Origin: a virus
Lineage: Duplodnaviria; Heunggongvirae; Uroviricota; Caudoviricetes
Strand: one strand, 5' to 3'
Virus record (IMG/VR): IMGVR_UViG_2778261068_000002
Span: 1-39,177 of that record
Length of the DNA: 39,177 nucleotides
The position numbers and the translations under genes are program-made. Every line of letters begins with the position of its first letter. Positions within the stretch are counted from its first letter, which is position 1. Shown here piece by piece: positions 12,328-21,848 of the stretch. The notes under the pieces are model-generated. The model worked only from the letters and a program-made list of their open reading frames with translations. It ran no database searches and had not been told where the DNA came from.

Positions 12328-14286
12328 TTACGCCGTACATTTCACCAGACCGCGGTGATCAACTGGCGCGACACCGGCGTCAATACGCACTTTCGTTGTC
12401 ACGCCATCCACACTGAAGCCCTCCATCTGATCAATATATGGCGTATCCACACCGTTGAGATAAGCCACTTCAATCGTATCGGAGCCTTTTGACGCAGCCA
12501 GGTAGAAGGTGGTCTGGCTGTTATCATCAAGACGAGGCTCTGCAATAACGGTCGCAAAATCTTTCACCGGGTTAATAATACCGGCGTTAATGTCAGCCCC
12601 CTTGACACTTGAGGAGCGAATGACCTGGTTAGCAACAGACTCCATCGCCGTCGGTACCAGTACGAACGCAGGACGAATATTCAGATGACGCTCCCCCTCT
12701 TTCTGAACGCGCATCAACTGGCGGGCTTTATCCAGCGATGCCACGTCCATTGCAGCGCTCTCCAGTACGTTTGCATGTTTCGCTTTATCGAACAGGCTTA
12801 CATTATCTGTGGAGATTTTCGGGTTAGACGTCAGAATGGCATAAACCAGATCGGCAATAGTGGATTTCGCCGCACGGCCCAGTTTCATCGGGACATCGGT
12901 CAGCATATTCAGATCATCATTGATAATGGCCTGACGGGTGATACTGAACAGCTCGCCATAGGTCGCCAGTGCAATAGTGGCCTGTTTATCTCCGGTGGTG
13001 ACGTATTTATATTCCGCCCCTTCACGCACCTGACGCAGAGCACTGAAGCCCCCCATACCCACACGATGGGCAATTTTAAAATCAGACAACTGACCTTTCC
13101 GCGTCCACTGTTCATAGGTTTCAGGGGCATCTTCCCAGCCCTGCAGAATGGCTTTGTTCGCAACATCCAGCAGAATATTACCGAAGTCAGACGTACTGTG
13201 TGTGAACGCCGCACCGACCATCTGCATCGGGTTATAACTGGAAACCCCAATACCCCGTTCAGTCAGTGACATACGGGCATATTCACGCAGGGTCATCCCG
13301 TTGTAGACATTATCACGTTCGGTTTTTTCAAATCCGGCACGCGCCATCAGCGCCTGGCGGATCCCGTCCCCCACAAAATTACCGTTACCGGCATAAATAT
13401 GAGCCGGGGTATTTTTATTGGATGGCGTGGACTCGCGCCCCATTTCGTTCAACAGCTTTTCGCGGGCCTGCTCCAGCGAACATTCAGGATCGGCAAGACA
13501 CTGAGCCTGCAGCGTCTGATAACGCCCGCCAAACATGGCAAACAGATCATTAATACCGTTTACACGCGCTTTTTGCTCTGCCAGTACCTGCGCACGGATA
13601 CTGTTTTCATCCACCACGGGGGCTGCTGCCTGCACTGGCGTCCGGGAAGCTGCAGGTTCATTATCCTGTACGCGTGGAGCACTGTTGCGTGGCGGAGTAA
13701 TCATGTTTCGAATGGATTCCGGCATCTTTTTAAATTCCTCTGTACGTTTTGACTGAATACATGCCATTGCCTTAACGGCTGGCGTTACCTGATCAGCAAA
13801 TCCCTGTGCCAGACATTCGGCACCGGACATCCAGGTCTCATCCGCCAGCATGGCAGCAATTTCATCGGTGGTTTTCCCGGTTTTCTGTGCATAAGCGGGT
13901 AACAGAACCGCCTCAACTTTATCGAGCAGGTCGGCATAGGTGCGCATGTCCTCCGCATCACCGCCCGTAAAGCCAAATGGTTTATGAATCATCATGAAAG
14001 TGTTTTCCGGCATAATGACTGGGTTTCCCACCATCGCAATGACCGACGCCATTGACGCCGCCACACCGTCGACATAAACGGTAATGGACGCACCATGTGT
14101 TTTCAGTGCATTAAAAATGGCGATGCCTTCAAAGACATCGCCACCCGGTGAATTAATATGGAGATTAATGTGGGTGATATCGCCCAGTGCATTCAGATCA
14201 CTGATAAACTGCTTCGCTGTAACACCCCAGAAACCAATCTCGTCATAAATATAAATATCCGCGTCACTCTGGTGACCAGCCTGCAT
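12328..14286 (-). CDS. Head maturation protease (ClpP/S14-like) fused to major capsid protein
   Basis: About 652 aa from ATG 14286 (MQAGHQSDADIYIYDEIGFWG...). N-terminal ClpP-like region with GVAASMASVIAMVG catalytic-Ser motif; central Ala/Pro/Gln-rich linker; C-terminal roughly 330 aa capsid-like. The track's start at 14547 overlaps the portal gene and is rejected. Confidence 0.7.
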   Translation of the reverse strand: MQAGHQSDADIYIYDEIGFWGVTAKQFISDLNALGDITHINLHINSPGGDVFEGIAIFNALKTHGASITVYVDGVAASMASVIAMVGNPVIMPENTFMMIHKPFGFTGGDAEDMRTYADLLDKVEAVLLPAYAQKTGKTTDEIAAMLADETWMSGAECLAQGFADQVTPAVKAMACIQSKRTEEFKKMPESIRNMITPPRNSAPRVQDNEPAASRTPVQAAAPVVDENSIRAQVLAEQKARVNGINDLFAMFGGRYQTLQAQCLADPECSLEQAREKLLNEMGRESTPSNKNTPAHIYAGNGNFVGDGIRQALMARAGFEKTERDNVYNGMTLREYARMSLTERGIGVSSYNPMQMVGAAFTHSTSDFGNILLDVANKAILQGWEDAPETYEQWTRKGQLSDFKIAHRVGMGGFSALRQVREGAEYKYVTTGDKQATIALATYGELFSITRQAIINDDLNMLTDVPMKLGRAAKSTIADLVYAILTSNPKISTDNVSLFDKAKHANVLESAAMDVASLDKARQLMRVQKEGERHLNIRPAFVLVPTAMESVANQVIRSSSVKGADINAGIINPVKDFATVIAEPRLDDNSQTTFYLAASKGSDTIEVAYLNGVDTPYIDQMEGFSVDGVTTKVRIDAGVAPVDHRGLVKCTA

Positions 14287-14299
14287 CCTGAACCAGGAA

Positions 14300-15808
14300 T
14301 TATTCTTCGGACTGGTCGTCGGTGTGCTGCAGATCCTGTCGTTTCGTTGCGGCACTGCTGCCTCCTTTATCACTGGCCGGATCGGTATCAAATACCAGAT
14401 CCAGCTTGCGGTTTTCATCAATTTCGGCCTTGCGCCGACGTTTGACATCATCCGGATTACGACCCCCAGCACGTACCCAGTCTGATTCTGTCGCCGCTCC
14501 ACCACGAATCTGGATTTTCCAGGCCTCAGCCTCCTTAACAGGGTCAATCCACGGCATCACCGGTCCGGAATACACCGCGGTATACAGTGAAGAACGGTCA
14601 AGATCGCGGGGTAGCCTGATAACACCGGATGCCACAGCCTGTTTCAGCCAGGCACGATACATCGGACGGGTGACGGCACCAATAAACCAGTCCTGCAGGA
14701 TCAGGTAGCCATCAGTGGATTCAACCAGCTCCTGACGCTGGGCGCTGTAAGTGCCGTTATAGTTGCGCGCTGTACTGGAAAAACTCAGACGACTGCCCGC
14801 CGCCACGGCACGCAACTGACCATTACGAAAAGTTTCAAGGTTAGGATTGGGGCGATCCGACTTCACCATTCCGATTTCTTCGCCGGGTTTCAGATCGTCG
14901 TAAATAATGCCCGGCTGAATGGTAAGCTCGCGTTCCTTATCCTTGCTGCCATTACCATCCGGTTCATAGCTCTGCCCGTCGCCTTTCCGGATGTACATCC
15001 CCAGAGCAGCGGCGATCCTTGCTGCAGTCAGCTCAGAATCTTCATACTCTTTCAGGGCACTGAGGCGGATCAGCACACCGGACAACAAAGACGTCCCGCG
15101 CATCTGGTGCAGACGGCGAACAAATTTAAGATGCAGCATTCGCTCTGCATCCACTTCTTTGGTTTCCATCTGCCGTCCGGATACGGGACGGCTTTTATAC
15201 ACCAGATATTTTTCGGGACGCCCCCAGTCATCAACAAACACGCCCTGATTCAGCCTGTTGCTCTCATCACTGGTCATGGGAATAAAGTCCGGCTCGAGCG
15301 CCTCCAGCCAGAAATGAACACCGGCAGAAGGCGTCAGGCTGTTTATGCGCCCGGAAACCATCTGGGCAAACACCTCACCATCGCGCAGCCAGGTACGCAG
15401 CATCAGACGTTCCAGCATCGGACGGGTAAACTGCCCGGTGACTTCCGGGCTGACAGACCATTCACTCCATCGGGTGCGAATCTCCGCAGCCAGGTCACGG
15501 GCAATGGCCCCATTGCGTAATACCGGATGTGGCTCGACAATAATCCCGTTTTTCCCCACCACCCGTTCTTCCAGCTTGTCAAATACACCAATAACCAGAT
15601 CGTGGTTGTTATCAAGGTAACGGGCCTGCTCACGTAACGACACGGCCCCGTACTGGCTTAACTGGTCGGCAGTTCGGTTTTCCCGCCGGGCTTTGTGTGT
15701 CCGCGTCGTTTTTACGGCCTCATAAGCCTGGATCACCGCACGGGAACGCAGCCTTGCCGCTTTCCATCCAGGTGAAAAAACGCCAATCACATCATCAAGA
15801 ATTGCCAT
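14300..15808 (-). CDS. Portal protein
   Basis: 502 aa from ATG 15808 (MAILDDVIGVFSPGWKAARL...), which shares an ATGA overlap with the W stop codon; position between W and protease-capsid; acidic C-terminus. Confidence 0.75.
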   Translation of the reverse strand: MAILDDVIGVFSPGWKAARLRSRAVIQAYEAVKTTRTHKARRENRTADQLSQYGAVSLREQARYLDNNHDLVIGVFDKLEERVVGKNGIIVEPHPVLRNGAIARDLAAEIRTRWSEWSVSPEVTGQFTRPMLERLMLRTWLRDGEVFAQMVSGRINSLTPSAGVHFWLEALEPDFIPMTSDESNRLNQGVFVDDWGRPEKYLVYKSRPVSGRQMETKEVDAERMLHLKFVRRLHQMRGTSLLSGVLIRLSALKEYEDSELTAARIAAALGMYIRKGDGQSYEPDGNGSKDKERELTIQPGIIYDDLKPGEEIGMVKSDRPNPNLETFRNGQLRAVAAGSRLSFSSTARNYNGTYSAQRQELVESTDGYLILQDWFIGAVTRPMYRAWLKQAVASGVIRLPRDLDRSSLYTAVYSGPVMPWIDPVKEAEAWKIQIRGGAATESDWVRAGGRNPDDVKRRRKAEIDENRKLDLVFDTDPASDKGGSSAATKRQDLQHTDDQSEE

Positions 15809-16020
15809 CAGAACCTCGCCAGCCGGTACCCGGGATGCCCCCGTCGTCGTGTAATCAGAGCCGCAAGGCGGCGCTCCCACTCCTGCCGTCCCTGCCGGAT
15901 CTCAGATAAGTTTTCCATGGTCATCTGCTGACCATTAAAGGTGACGGATTTTCCGTCCAGCACCGCCATTTCAGCTTCCGTATAACGCTGAATCATGGCT
16001 TCGATATCATTCTGGTTCAT
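15808..16020 (-). CDS. W: Head-tail connector protein W-like (gpW family)
   Basis: 70 aa from ATG 16020 (MNQNDIEAMIQRYTEAEMAVLDGKSVTFNGQQ...RRRGHPGYRLARF), GGAGG 6 nt upstream, ATGA overlap with terminase stop; lambda W also lies between A and B. Confidence 0.65.
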   Translation of the reverse strand: MNQNDIEAMIQRYTEAEMAVLDGKSVTFNGQQMTMENLSEIRQGRQEWERRLAALITRRRGHPGYRLARF

Positions 16021-18116
16021 AACCATCCTCCGGAAGTCAGCCAGGGGTTAACATCGTCAGTTACTGTTTTCTTCCGTTTTTGTTTTTTAACAGGCGTGGA
16101 TACCGGTTCCGGTGTGGGTGACGGTTCGGTACTGTCCGGGACACACTCCAGCCAGGTTTCCCGGCTCGCCCACTCCGGTGCATCCGGCCAGCGGATCTTT
16201 TCGTATCCATGCAGAATGACCAGAGCCTCGGCATACACCATCAGGTCAAAAGCTTCGTTGGCACCGCGACCCGGCTTACTCCATTTCCCGTCACTGCTCC
16301 GCTCTTCATACGTCAGTTCGTCGTAAAACCAGCTCCCCAGCCAGTCAGGGAAATGCACATAGCCGGGACCTGGCGAGTCACGCCATAACGCGTTATTCAC
16401 CCGGTCTTTCAGGGCATCCGTCTGAAGAAGCCAGAGCGGCACATCACCTGCGGCCTGCGCCCGTCGGCCCGTTCGTCCGGTGTTATCAGGGAATGTACGG
16501 GTGATCAGTTTTGCGCGCCGGATGCTGTCGCCCTTAAACAGGTAAATACGTTTACCAAGGCCATCACGACGGCAACGACGCCAGAATTTATAGGCATTAT
16601 CAGTGACCCCGTCTTCACCGCCGGAGTCCACCGCCATTGCCATCAGTCGCATTTGTTGAGAAGGATCGGAGGCCAGCGGCCAGCTTTTATGAAAAACATC
16701 CGTCAGCAGGACATCCCAGTCTTCCGGATAGCTGGCCGGATCAATTCGCTGGCTCCCCCCGTCGCTGTCACCGCGCAATGACTGCGTGATGTTGTAACGA
16801 TCAATAATCCAGCGTTCGCCACGGCTGCCATAGCCCGTTACCTGAACCACAAAACGGCGATGACGTCCCGCCTGCACATCCACTGTCGCCACAAGGAAAT
16901 TAACGCCATCCGGCACACTGCGGGAAGGAACTGGCTCTGCCCGCTGCTCAAGCAGTTCACTTTTTCGTTGCTCCATGCTGGCGCGGGGAAGATAAGGTAA
17001 TCCCCAGTCGGTATTGATAACCGCCCTGAGTGTTTCTTCGCTTCCTGTCGCTTCATACTCCTGTTCTGCAGTCAGTAATTTGTAAACCAGTTGCGCCCAG
17101 GTCTGATACGCAGCAGCTGGCCCTTCCATCCAGAAACTGGCGATACGGGAGCGGCGCGGTTCACCGGAAACGTTGCCGTTACGATCAATGACCTGACCTT
17201 CACGCAACCAGACTCCTGCACTATTGAGCTCACGCTTTTTCTCCGCAGTGATAATGCCGCTGCAGTGCGGGCAAAGTAGATACGCCGCCTCACTGGCTTT
17301 AAAGGGATCCGGTTCATTACGGTAGCCGGTCATGGCATCCATGGCTGGCTGAAAATATTCACCGCAGTGCGGACATGGCCAGTACCAGCGGCGGCGGTCA
17401 CCACGATTGTAAAGGGAAAGAATACCAGTCGTCGGTGGCGCTTCATGAGGCGACTTACGTCGCCATTTGCTGTCGCAGATGTCACGTCCCGGCGAGCTCT
17501 CCACCAGAGTCATCCCGGCGGACATAAATGTGGTGGTACGTTTTGAGGCCAGGGAGAAACCATCACCCTCGCTGTCGATATTCTCCGGAAAACGGTCGTA
17601 ATCGGTTAAGGCGACAAACCGGTAATCCGACGACGACATAATGTTGACCGAGGGCCAACCAATTTTAAGGAACGAGCCATCCCTGAACGTCTTATCATGA
17701 ACATTATTGTCGTTACGACGTGGACTCATTCTTTTCTTTACCGCCGCACTGCTTCTGAACGTTCTGTCGAGGCGCTTTTTAGAATGCTCGCGGGCCTTAT
17801 CTTCGGTCATCTGCACAACGAGCATGTCCGAAGGATCGCAAACGATGGTATAGACAATCCATCCATCGATCAGACCAATGGTCTTCCCTGTTCGCGCAGG
17901 ACCAACAAAAATCACCGCATCGTATTCACGCGATGCCAGGCAGTTCATGGGCTCAATGATGTAGGGTGTCAGTTCAGGATCCCATGGCACCGAGTTACCA
18001 GCCCCCTTGGGAACACGCATGAATTTTTTAACAGCCTCCGAAATCGGCATGCGACGTGGTGGGGAAAATCCTGCCGATATGTCCCTTCCCAAATTTCGGG
18101 CTGATGAAAAACCCAT
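16017..18116 (-). CDS. Terminase large subunit (lambda gpA-like)
   Basis: 699 aa; Walker A-like GPARTGKT near N-terminus, CPHCG zinc-ribbon-like motif, basic C-terminal tail; AGGAGG 4 nt upstream of ATG 18116; position after small terminase and cos. Confidence 0.85.
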   Translation of the reverse strand: MGFSSARNLGRDISAGFSPPRRMPISEAVKKFMRVPKGAGNSVPWDPELTPYIIEPMNCLASREYDAVIFVGPARTGKTIGLIDGWIVYTIVCDPSDMLVVQMTEDKAREHSKKRLDRTFRSSAAVKKRMSPRRNDNNVHDKTFRDGSFLKIGWPSVNIMSSSDYRFVALTDYDRFPENIDSEGDGFSLASKRTTTFMSAGMTLVESSPGRDICDSKWRRKSPHEAPPTTGILSLYNRGDRRRWYWPCPHCGEYFQPAMDAMTGYRNEPDPFKASEAAYLLCPHCSGIITAEKKRELNSAGVWLREGQVIDRNGNVSGEPRRSRIASFWMEGPAAAYQTWAQLVYKLLTAEQEYEATGSEETLRAVINTDWGLPYLPRASMEQRKSELLEQRAEPVPSRSVPDGVNFLVATVDVQAGRHRRFVVQVTGYGSRGERWIIDRYNITQSLRGDSDGGSQRIDPASYPEDWDVLLTDVFHKSWPLASDPSQQMRLMAMAVDSGGEDGVTDNAYKFWRRCRRDGLGKRIYLFKGDSIRRAKLITRTFPDNTGRTGRRAQAAGDVPLWLLQTDALKDRVNNALWRDSPGPGYVHFPDWLGSWFYDELTYEERSSDGKWSKPGRGANEAFDLMVYAEALVILHGYEKIRWPDAPEWASRETWLECVPDSTEPSPTPEPVSTPVKKQKRKKTVTDDVNPWLTSGGWL

Positions 18117-18124
18117 TATTCCTC

Positions 18125-18652
18125 CTAGAGACTCTCTCCTTCCTCATCAGGAATTAATTCAGCAGCACAAGCCTCGTAGGATTTTTCCTGAAGAGTGTAT
18201 CGCAGGTCATCAATGGCCTGCTGTACAACGCCGACGGCCTGAGGAGTCAGGGCGCAATCGCGTTCAAGAACATCCGGAATTGTCTCCAGAACCTGGACGA
18301 CAGCCTTTCTCATGGACGAATAGACGATGACTACTTCATCAACTGGGATGAGTTTTCGCTGCTCCTTTTCCAGCTTGATCCTTTCATTTTCAGACTGGTA
18401 CCAGTCCTTTCTCTCTTTCGGCTCCATACGGGATGGATCATGAACAGAGTCTGCTGCCTCATGCTTCACACTAAACAGGGCTGGCCCGACATGCTGCAGG
18501 GCGTAAACGGGGTTCCCCCTGACAGTCGCAGCCACAGGAGTGTTGGCCGCGAGGAGCCGTTTTTTTACTGTGTCCCGGTGAAGCCCAAAGGCCTCGGCGA
18601 TTTTAAAAACACTCCAGTAATAAGCATCACCGATCCCGCTCACATTTGACAT
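18125..18652 (-). CDS. Terminase small subunit (DNA-binding, Nu1-like role)
   Basis: About 175 aa; N-terminal HTH-like segment (YYWSVFKIAEAFGLHRDTVKKRL), acidic C-terminus; immediately upstream of terminase large subunit. Start 18652 (MSNV, GGAG upstream) preferred over 18664. Confidence 0.65.
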   Translation of the reverse strand: MSNVSGIGDAYYWSVFKIAEAFGLHRDTVKKRLLAANTPVAATVRGNPVYALQHVGPALFSVKHEAADSVHDPSRMEPKERKDWYQSENERIKLEKEQRKLIPVDEVVIVYSSMRKAVVQVLETIPDVLERDCALTPQAVGVVQQAIDDLRYTLQEKSYEACAAELIPDEEGESL

Positions 18653-18835
18653 AAGCAACTCCATCTGGCAGGTGAAAATCAGGTTTATTTATATATTTCA
18701 ATTAATTGCAAACTGGTCTAATGACAGGGAGAAAAAAATATTGTACAGGTGAAAAGAGAAATAACTTTTAATTATCAATAAATTACTAAACATGTTGCCG
18801 CCGCCATGGAAATGCAAAAACTAGCCTTTTTCCGC

Positions 18836-18847
18836 GACGCTCCCGCC
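18836..18847 (-). other. Predicted cosN cohesive-end sequence
   Basis: Minus strand reads ACGGGTCCTCCCGGTG...ACG-GGGCGGGAGCGT-CGCGG, closely resembling the lambda cos region (ACGGGTCCTTTCCGGTG...TTACG-GGGCGGCGACCT-CGCGG) as recalled; about 170 bp upstream of the small-terminase start, as in lambda. Confidence 0.55.
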
Positions 18848-19194
18848 CCGTGGCAGGCCACCCCACCGGGAGGACCCGTCAGCCTGACAGCCATGACGAA
18901 CGTCTGATACAGCGCCCTGCATGAATGGCATCGGGATAATCCAGAAAGGAATAGCATCGTGCCCACAAGAATCTGTGTGAGTGTCCTGTTTCTTCCCCCC
19001 CGCACACTCACGCAGAAGGGGTTCCCCGTCGAGTTACGGTCATAGTTAATGCAGGAGACAGCGACGATATAGCGCACAGAAATAAATCAAGCATCCATTG
19101 AATGCATTGCATCGACAGGAGTAATGGCGTAGGCTGAACCCTTGGCTCTCTTTCGCCGCCGGCAAATCTTCAGCGGATTATCCTTGGCCGGTTT

Positions 19195-19659
19195 TTATCT
19201 GAGGCATTGCTCACGAATGTATAGCTGTGCCCCTTCCAGTTGCTTCTGCATCGTCATCAATCGGTCTCTGAGGGTGAAATAATCCCGTTCAGCGGTGTCT
19301 GCCAGTCGGGGGCTGGTTGCATCATCCACGCCGGAGGAGGCGGTGGCTTCACGCACGGCTGGACAGACTGCTCTGATGCGCAACCGACGACGACCAGCGG
19401 CAATATCATCACGCAGAGCATCATTTTCAGCTTTCGCATCAGCTAATTCCTTTGAATATTTTGCATCGAGTGCAGCAACGTCACGCTGGCGCACCTGCAT
19501 ATCAGTAATGATCGCCTCTGCCAGTTTCAGCTCTCTGGCATTGTCATCGCGTTGTGTTTTGTAGGTAATGGCGTTATCGCGGTAATGATCTGTTGCCAGC
19601 CACAGAGCACTACAGACCATCAGCAGGACAATAATCACGCCATACAGAATCCGGTTCAT
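19195..19659 (-). CDS. Rz: Rz i-spanin
   Basis: 154 aa from ATG 19659 (MNRILYGVIIVLLMVCSALWLATDHYRDNAITYK...), N-terminal TM helix plus coiled coil; strongly similar to lambda Rz as recalled. Confidence 0.85.
   Translation of the reverse strand: MNRILYGVIIVLLMVCSALWLATDHYRDNAITYKTQRDDNARELKLAEAIITDMQVRQRDVAALDAKYSKELADAKAENDALRDDIAAGRRRLRIRAVCPAVREATASSGVDDATSPRLADTAERDYFTLRDRLMTMQKQLEGAQLYIREQCLR
19257..19439 (-). CDS. Rz1: Rz1 o-spanin (lipoprotein embedded in Rz, +1 frame)
   Basis: 60 aa MRKLKMMLCVMILPLVVVGCASEQSVQPCVKPPPPPAWMMQPAPDWQ...; lipobox LVVVGC and proline-rich region as in lambda Rz1; nested inside Rz. Confidence 0.8.
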   Translation of the reverse strand: MRKLKMMLCVMILPLVVVGCASEQSVQPCVKPPPPPAWMMQPAPDWQTPLNGIISPSETD

Positions 19660-19660
19660 T

Positions 19661-19759
19661 TCACCACCAGCGTATCTGACCGATGAAATAACCGGAGCCC
19701 ATAACCACAAACACCAGCCAGATAAGGATGAACTTCCAGGTGGATAATTTTTCAGCCAT
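19661..19759 (-). CDS. 32-aa hydrophobic peptide between endolysin and Rz (unknown)
   Basis: MAEKLSTWKFILIWLVFVVMGSGYFIGQIRWW; stop TGA abuts the Rz ATG; GGAG about 9 nt upstream. Short, so low confidence. Confidence 0.3.
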   Translation of the reverse strand: MAEKLSTWKFILIWLVFVVMGSGYFIGQIRWW

Positions 19760-19954
19760 CACTCGAATCTCCAGAATCAGTTTGCTAAAATCAAACACGT
19801 TTTCTCCTTTAGCTTTCCCATGGGCAGAAAACAAAACCCCGCTTGCTGCCAACAAACGGGGTTTTTGCTTTTATTCACTTCCTTTTGCCAGTTTGCAGAA
19901 TATCGTGTTATCCGCTTGTGTGAGCAAACGGCATTTTTCAGCAAAATATTCTGC

Positions 19955-20488
19955 TTATCTGTCGATCCCCCAGCACACCAGCGCACTCTCCTGGTCACGA
20001 CGAATAACCTGACCGTAACAGTTATTTGAACGAATGCGGCAATCACGGCCACCGTCCTTAATCCACCAGCGAATCGCCTCGCATGCGCCTTTACGATCAC
20101 CGGCATTCAGCCGCTTATAAAACGTCGACGGGAAACACTTACCGGGGCCAATGTTATAGGGACAAAATGACGCAATACCTGCTTTTTGTGGTTCGGTCAG
20201 TGGTACTTTTATATTGCGATCCACCCATGCCAGCGCCTTATCACGTTCAATAGCGTTAACCTGGTCGCATTTTTCCTTCGACAGCTTCATTCCCGGTATG
20301 ACGGGCTTACCATCCACCATTGTGGCACCACGACAGATGGTCCATATGCCAGAACCATCACGGTATGCCGTTGTGTGGTTACCTTCTTTTTCATCCAGAA
20401 ACTGGTCAAGTATTTGAGGAGCAGACGCGCCTGCAGCAATCAGCGCCAGAACGGCAGCTGACAGGCCATATTTGATTTTTACGTTCAT
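19955..20488 (-). CDS. R: SAR endolysin (glycoside hydrolase family 24 lysozyme)
   Basis: 177 aa; N-terminal weakly hydrophobic Gly/Ala-rich segment (LSAAVLALIAAGASAP) typical of signal-anchor-release domains; catalytic E-x8-D-x5-T spacing in EGNHTTAYRDGSGIWT. Confidence 0.8.
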   Translation of the reverse strand: MNVKIKYGLSAAVLALIAAGASAPQILDQFLDEKEGNHTTAYRDGSGIWTICRGATMVDGKPVIPGMKLSKEKCDQVNAIERDKALAWVDRNIKVPLTEPQKAGIASFCPYNIGPGKCFPSTFYKRLNAGDRKGACEAIRWWIKDGGRDCRIRSNNCYGQVIRRDQESALVCWGIDR

Positions 20489-20614
20489 GGATATTTATCA
20501 GGATTTATCGGTTCCTGAACCCTGGATATGTTTAGTACTCAGCCCGGCAGGTAGTTCCTCGCAGGGGTAATACTGACAATGTGAAGATCACAGAACAAAC
20601 AGTAAGGACAACAT

Positions 20615-20896
20615 ATGAGCGATACTTATTTATCTAAAAAAGCTTTTGCTGATATTCTGGCCATCAGACAGGTTGTCATACTCCTAGTTAACGCTTTACC
20701 AGATGAGAAAAAAGCAATTATTAAAGATTTGCTTACTAAATCAGCTAACACTTTTTCATCAATAAAATTACCCGAATCCCTGGAAACCCCGCAGGAAGTT
20801 TTAGACGAAATGAACAAATTGATTGCCGAATCATGCGTTACTCTTGCTGAGACAATTTTAATTCCTGAAGAAACTTCGTCGTCATACCATCAATAG
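20615..20896 (+). CDS. 93-aa hypothetical protein, AT-rich, convergent to the 243-aa gene
   Basis: ATG 20615 preceded by AAGGA (6-nt spacer); MSDTYLSKKAFADILAIRQVVILLVNALPDEKKAII...; 3' end overlaps the 243-aa gene by 59 nt on the opposite strand. No family recognised. Confidence 0.4.
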   Translation: MSDTYLSKKAFADILAIRQVVILLVNALPDEKKAIIKDLLTKSANTFSSIKLPESLETPQEVLDEMNKLIAESCVTLAETILIPEETSSSYHQ

Positions 20897-21569
20897 TTTG
20901 CTGAACAGCTTTAGCAACAAACGCCACCCCATTTTCGTGGTGGCGTTGTCGCTCATTTACGGCTCGCATCGCGGCAACTATCAACAAGGCATACTTTTTT
21001 GCTCTCGCTTCATAGTCGCTGAACGTTGTTTTCGGGTCGTAGTCTTCCTTGTACATAACCGACAACATTTCTTCATTATCAAGCCAGACACTGACCTTGC
21101 TGCCGATTCTTTTCGTCAGCACAGGAGCACCACCTTTCCCGACTTTCTCTCTTGATGCCATATGCCCTGGAAACTCTACAGTAACCACCGCACGACTTAT
21201 GTCATCCCCGACGTTTTTTTCCTGCCCTGCGCGCCTGGTGTTGGCTTTAACTGCACTATCAAAACCCGCAAGATGAGGACGATCGTGTTTATTGGCAGAA
21301 TTTTCAATCTCAATGGAGTACTGATGCTGCAGATAAGACTCAACTTTTTCTGACAATTTTTCTGCCACTCCCAGGAGGACCTGCCTGACGCTCATTCTGG
21401 CTGCTGCCTCATAAAACTCCAGCGCGGCACCTTCAACACGGTCCAGCGAGATGTCCAGGTCAAAAATTTCACCGTCAAAGCGTTTTTTGTCCCGTAACGC
21501 TAAAGTTACCGTAACTTTATTCTCAAAATTGCAGATCCCTTTCACAATCAGTTCATAGTTTTGAGTCAT
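20838..21569 (-). CDS. 243-aa hypothetical protein inserted between holin and endolysin
   Basis: ATG 21569 lies 5 nt after the S stop with GGGGAGAG upstream, so it is co-transcribed with the lysis genes; soluble, no recognisable motif; GC looks host-like by eye. Confidence 0.6.
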   Translation of the reverse strand: MTQNYELIVKGICNFENKVTVTLALRDKKRFDGEIFDLDISLDRVEGAALEFYEAAARMSVRQVLLGVAEKLSEKVESYLQHQYSIEIENSANKHDRPHLAGFDSAVKANTRRAGQEKNVGDDISRAVVTVEFPGHMASREKVGKGGAPVLTKRIGSKVSVWLDNEEMLSVMYKEDYDPKTTFSDYEARAKKYALLIVAAMRAVNERQRHHENGVAFVAKAVQQTIDGMTTKFLQELKLSQQE

Positions 21570-21573
21570 TGAA

Positions 21574-21789
21574 TTACTCTCCCCGCGCAGCCTTACGCTT
21601 GTCTTCTCTGATTTTGAAGTACAGATTTGTCAGATAAGTCAGGAAGCCCAGAACCAGACTCCCCAGCACACCAATCGCAGCCCACTGTGACGGACTGACC
21701 TGATCAAGCCACTGTAAAAACCAGTAGCCAGCACTGCCTGCGGAGGTGCCGTAGGCAATGCCCGTTGAAATTTTGTCCATGGATTTCAT
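21574..21789 (-). CDS. S: Class II holin (phage 21 S21-type pinholin), dual-start MKSM
   Basis: 71 aa [71 protein letters not shown]; two TM segments; Met1/Met4 dual start as in S21 as recalled. Confidence 0.85.
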   Translation of the reverse strand: MKSMDKISTGIAYGTSAGSAGYWFLQWLDQVSPSQWAAIGVLGSLVLGFLTYLTNLYFKIREDKRKAARGE

Positions 21790-21848
21790 AGCCTCACCTC
21801 CGCAAATAACGGATGGCGTAGTTTTACACTGAGAGATGAAAGGGATTT

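Noticed and set aside
18775..19077. 100-aa minus-strand ORF between Rz and the small terminase
   Set aside because: Overlaps the predicted cos region, has no ribosome-binding site and a Cys/Arg-rich junk-like composition; lambda also has no gene here apart from bor, which is not present.
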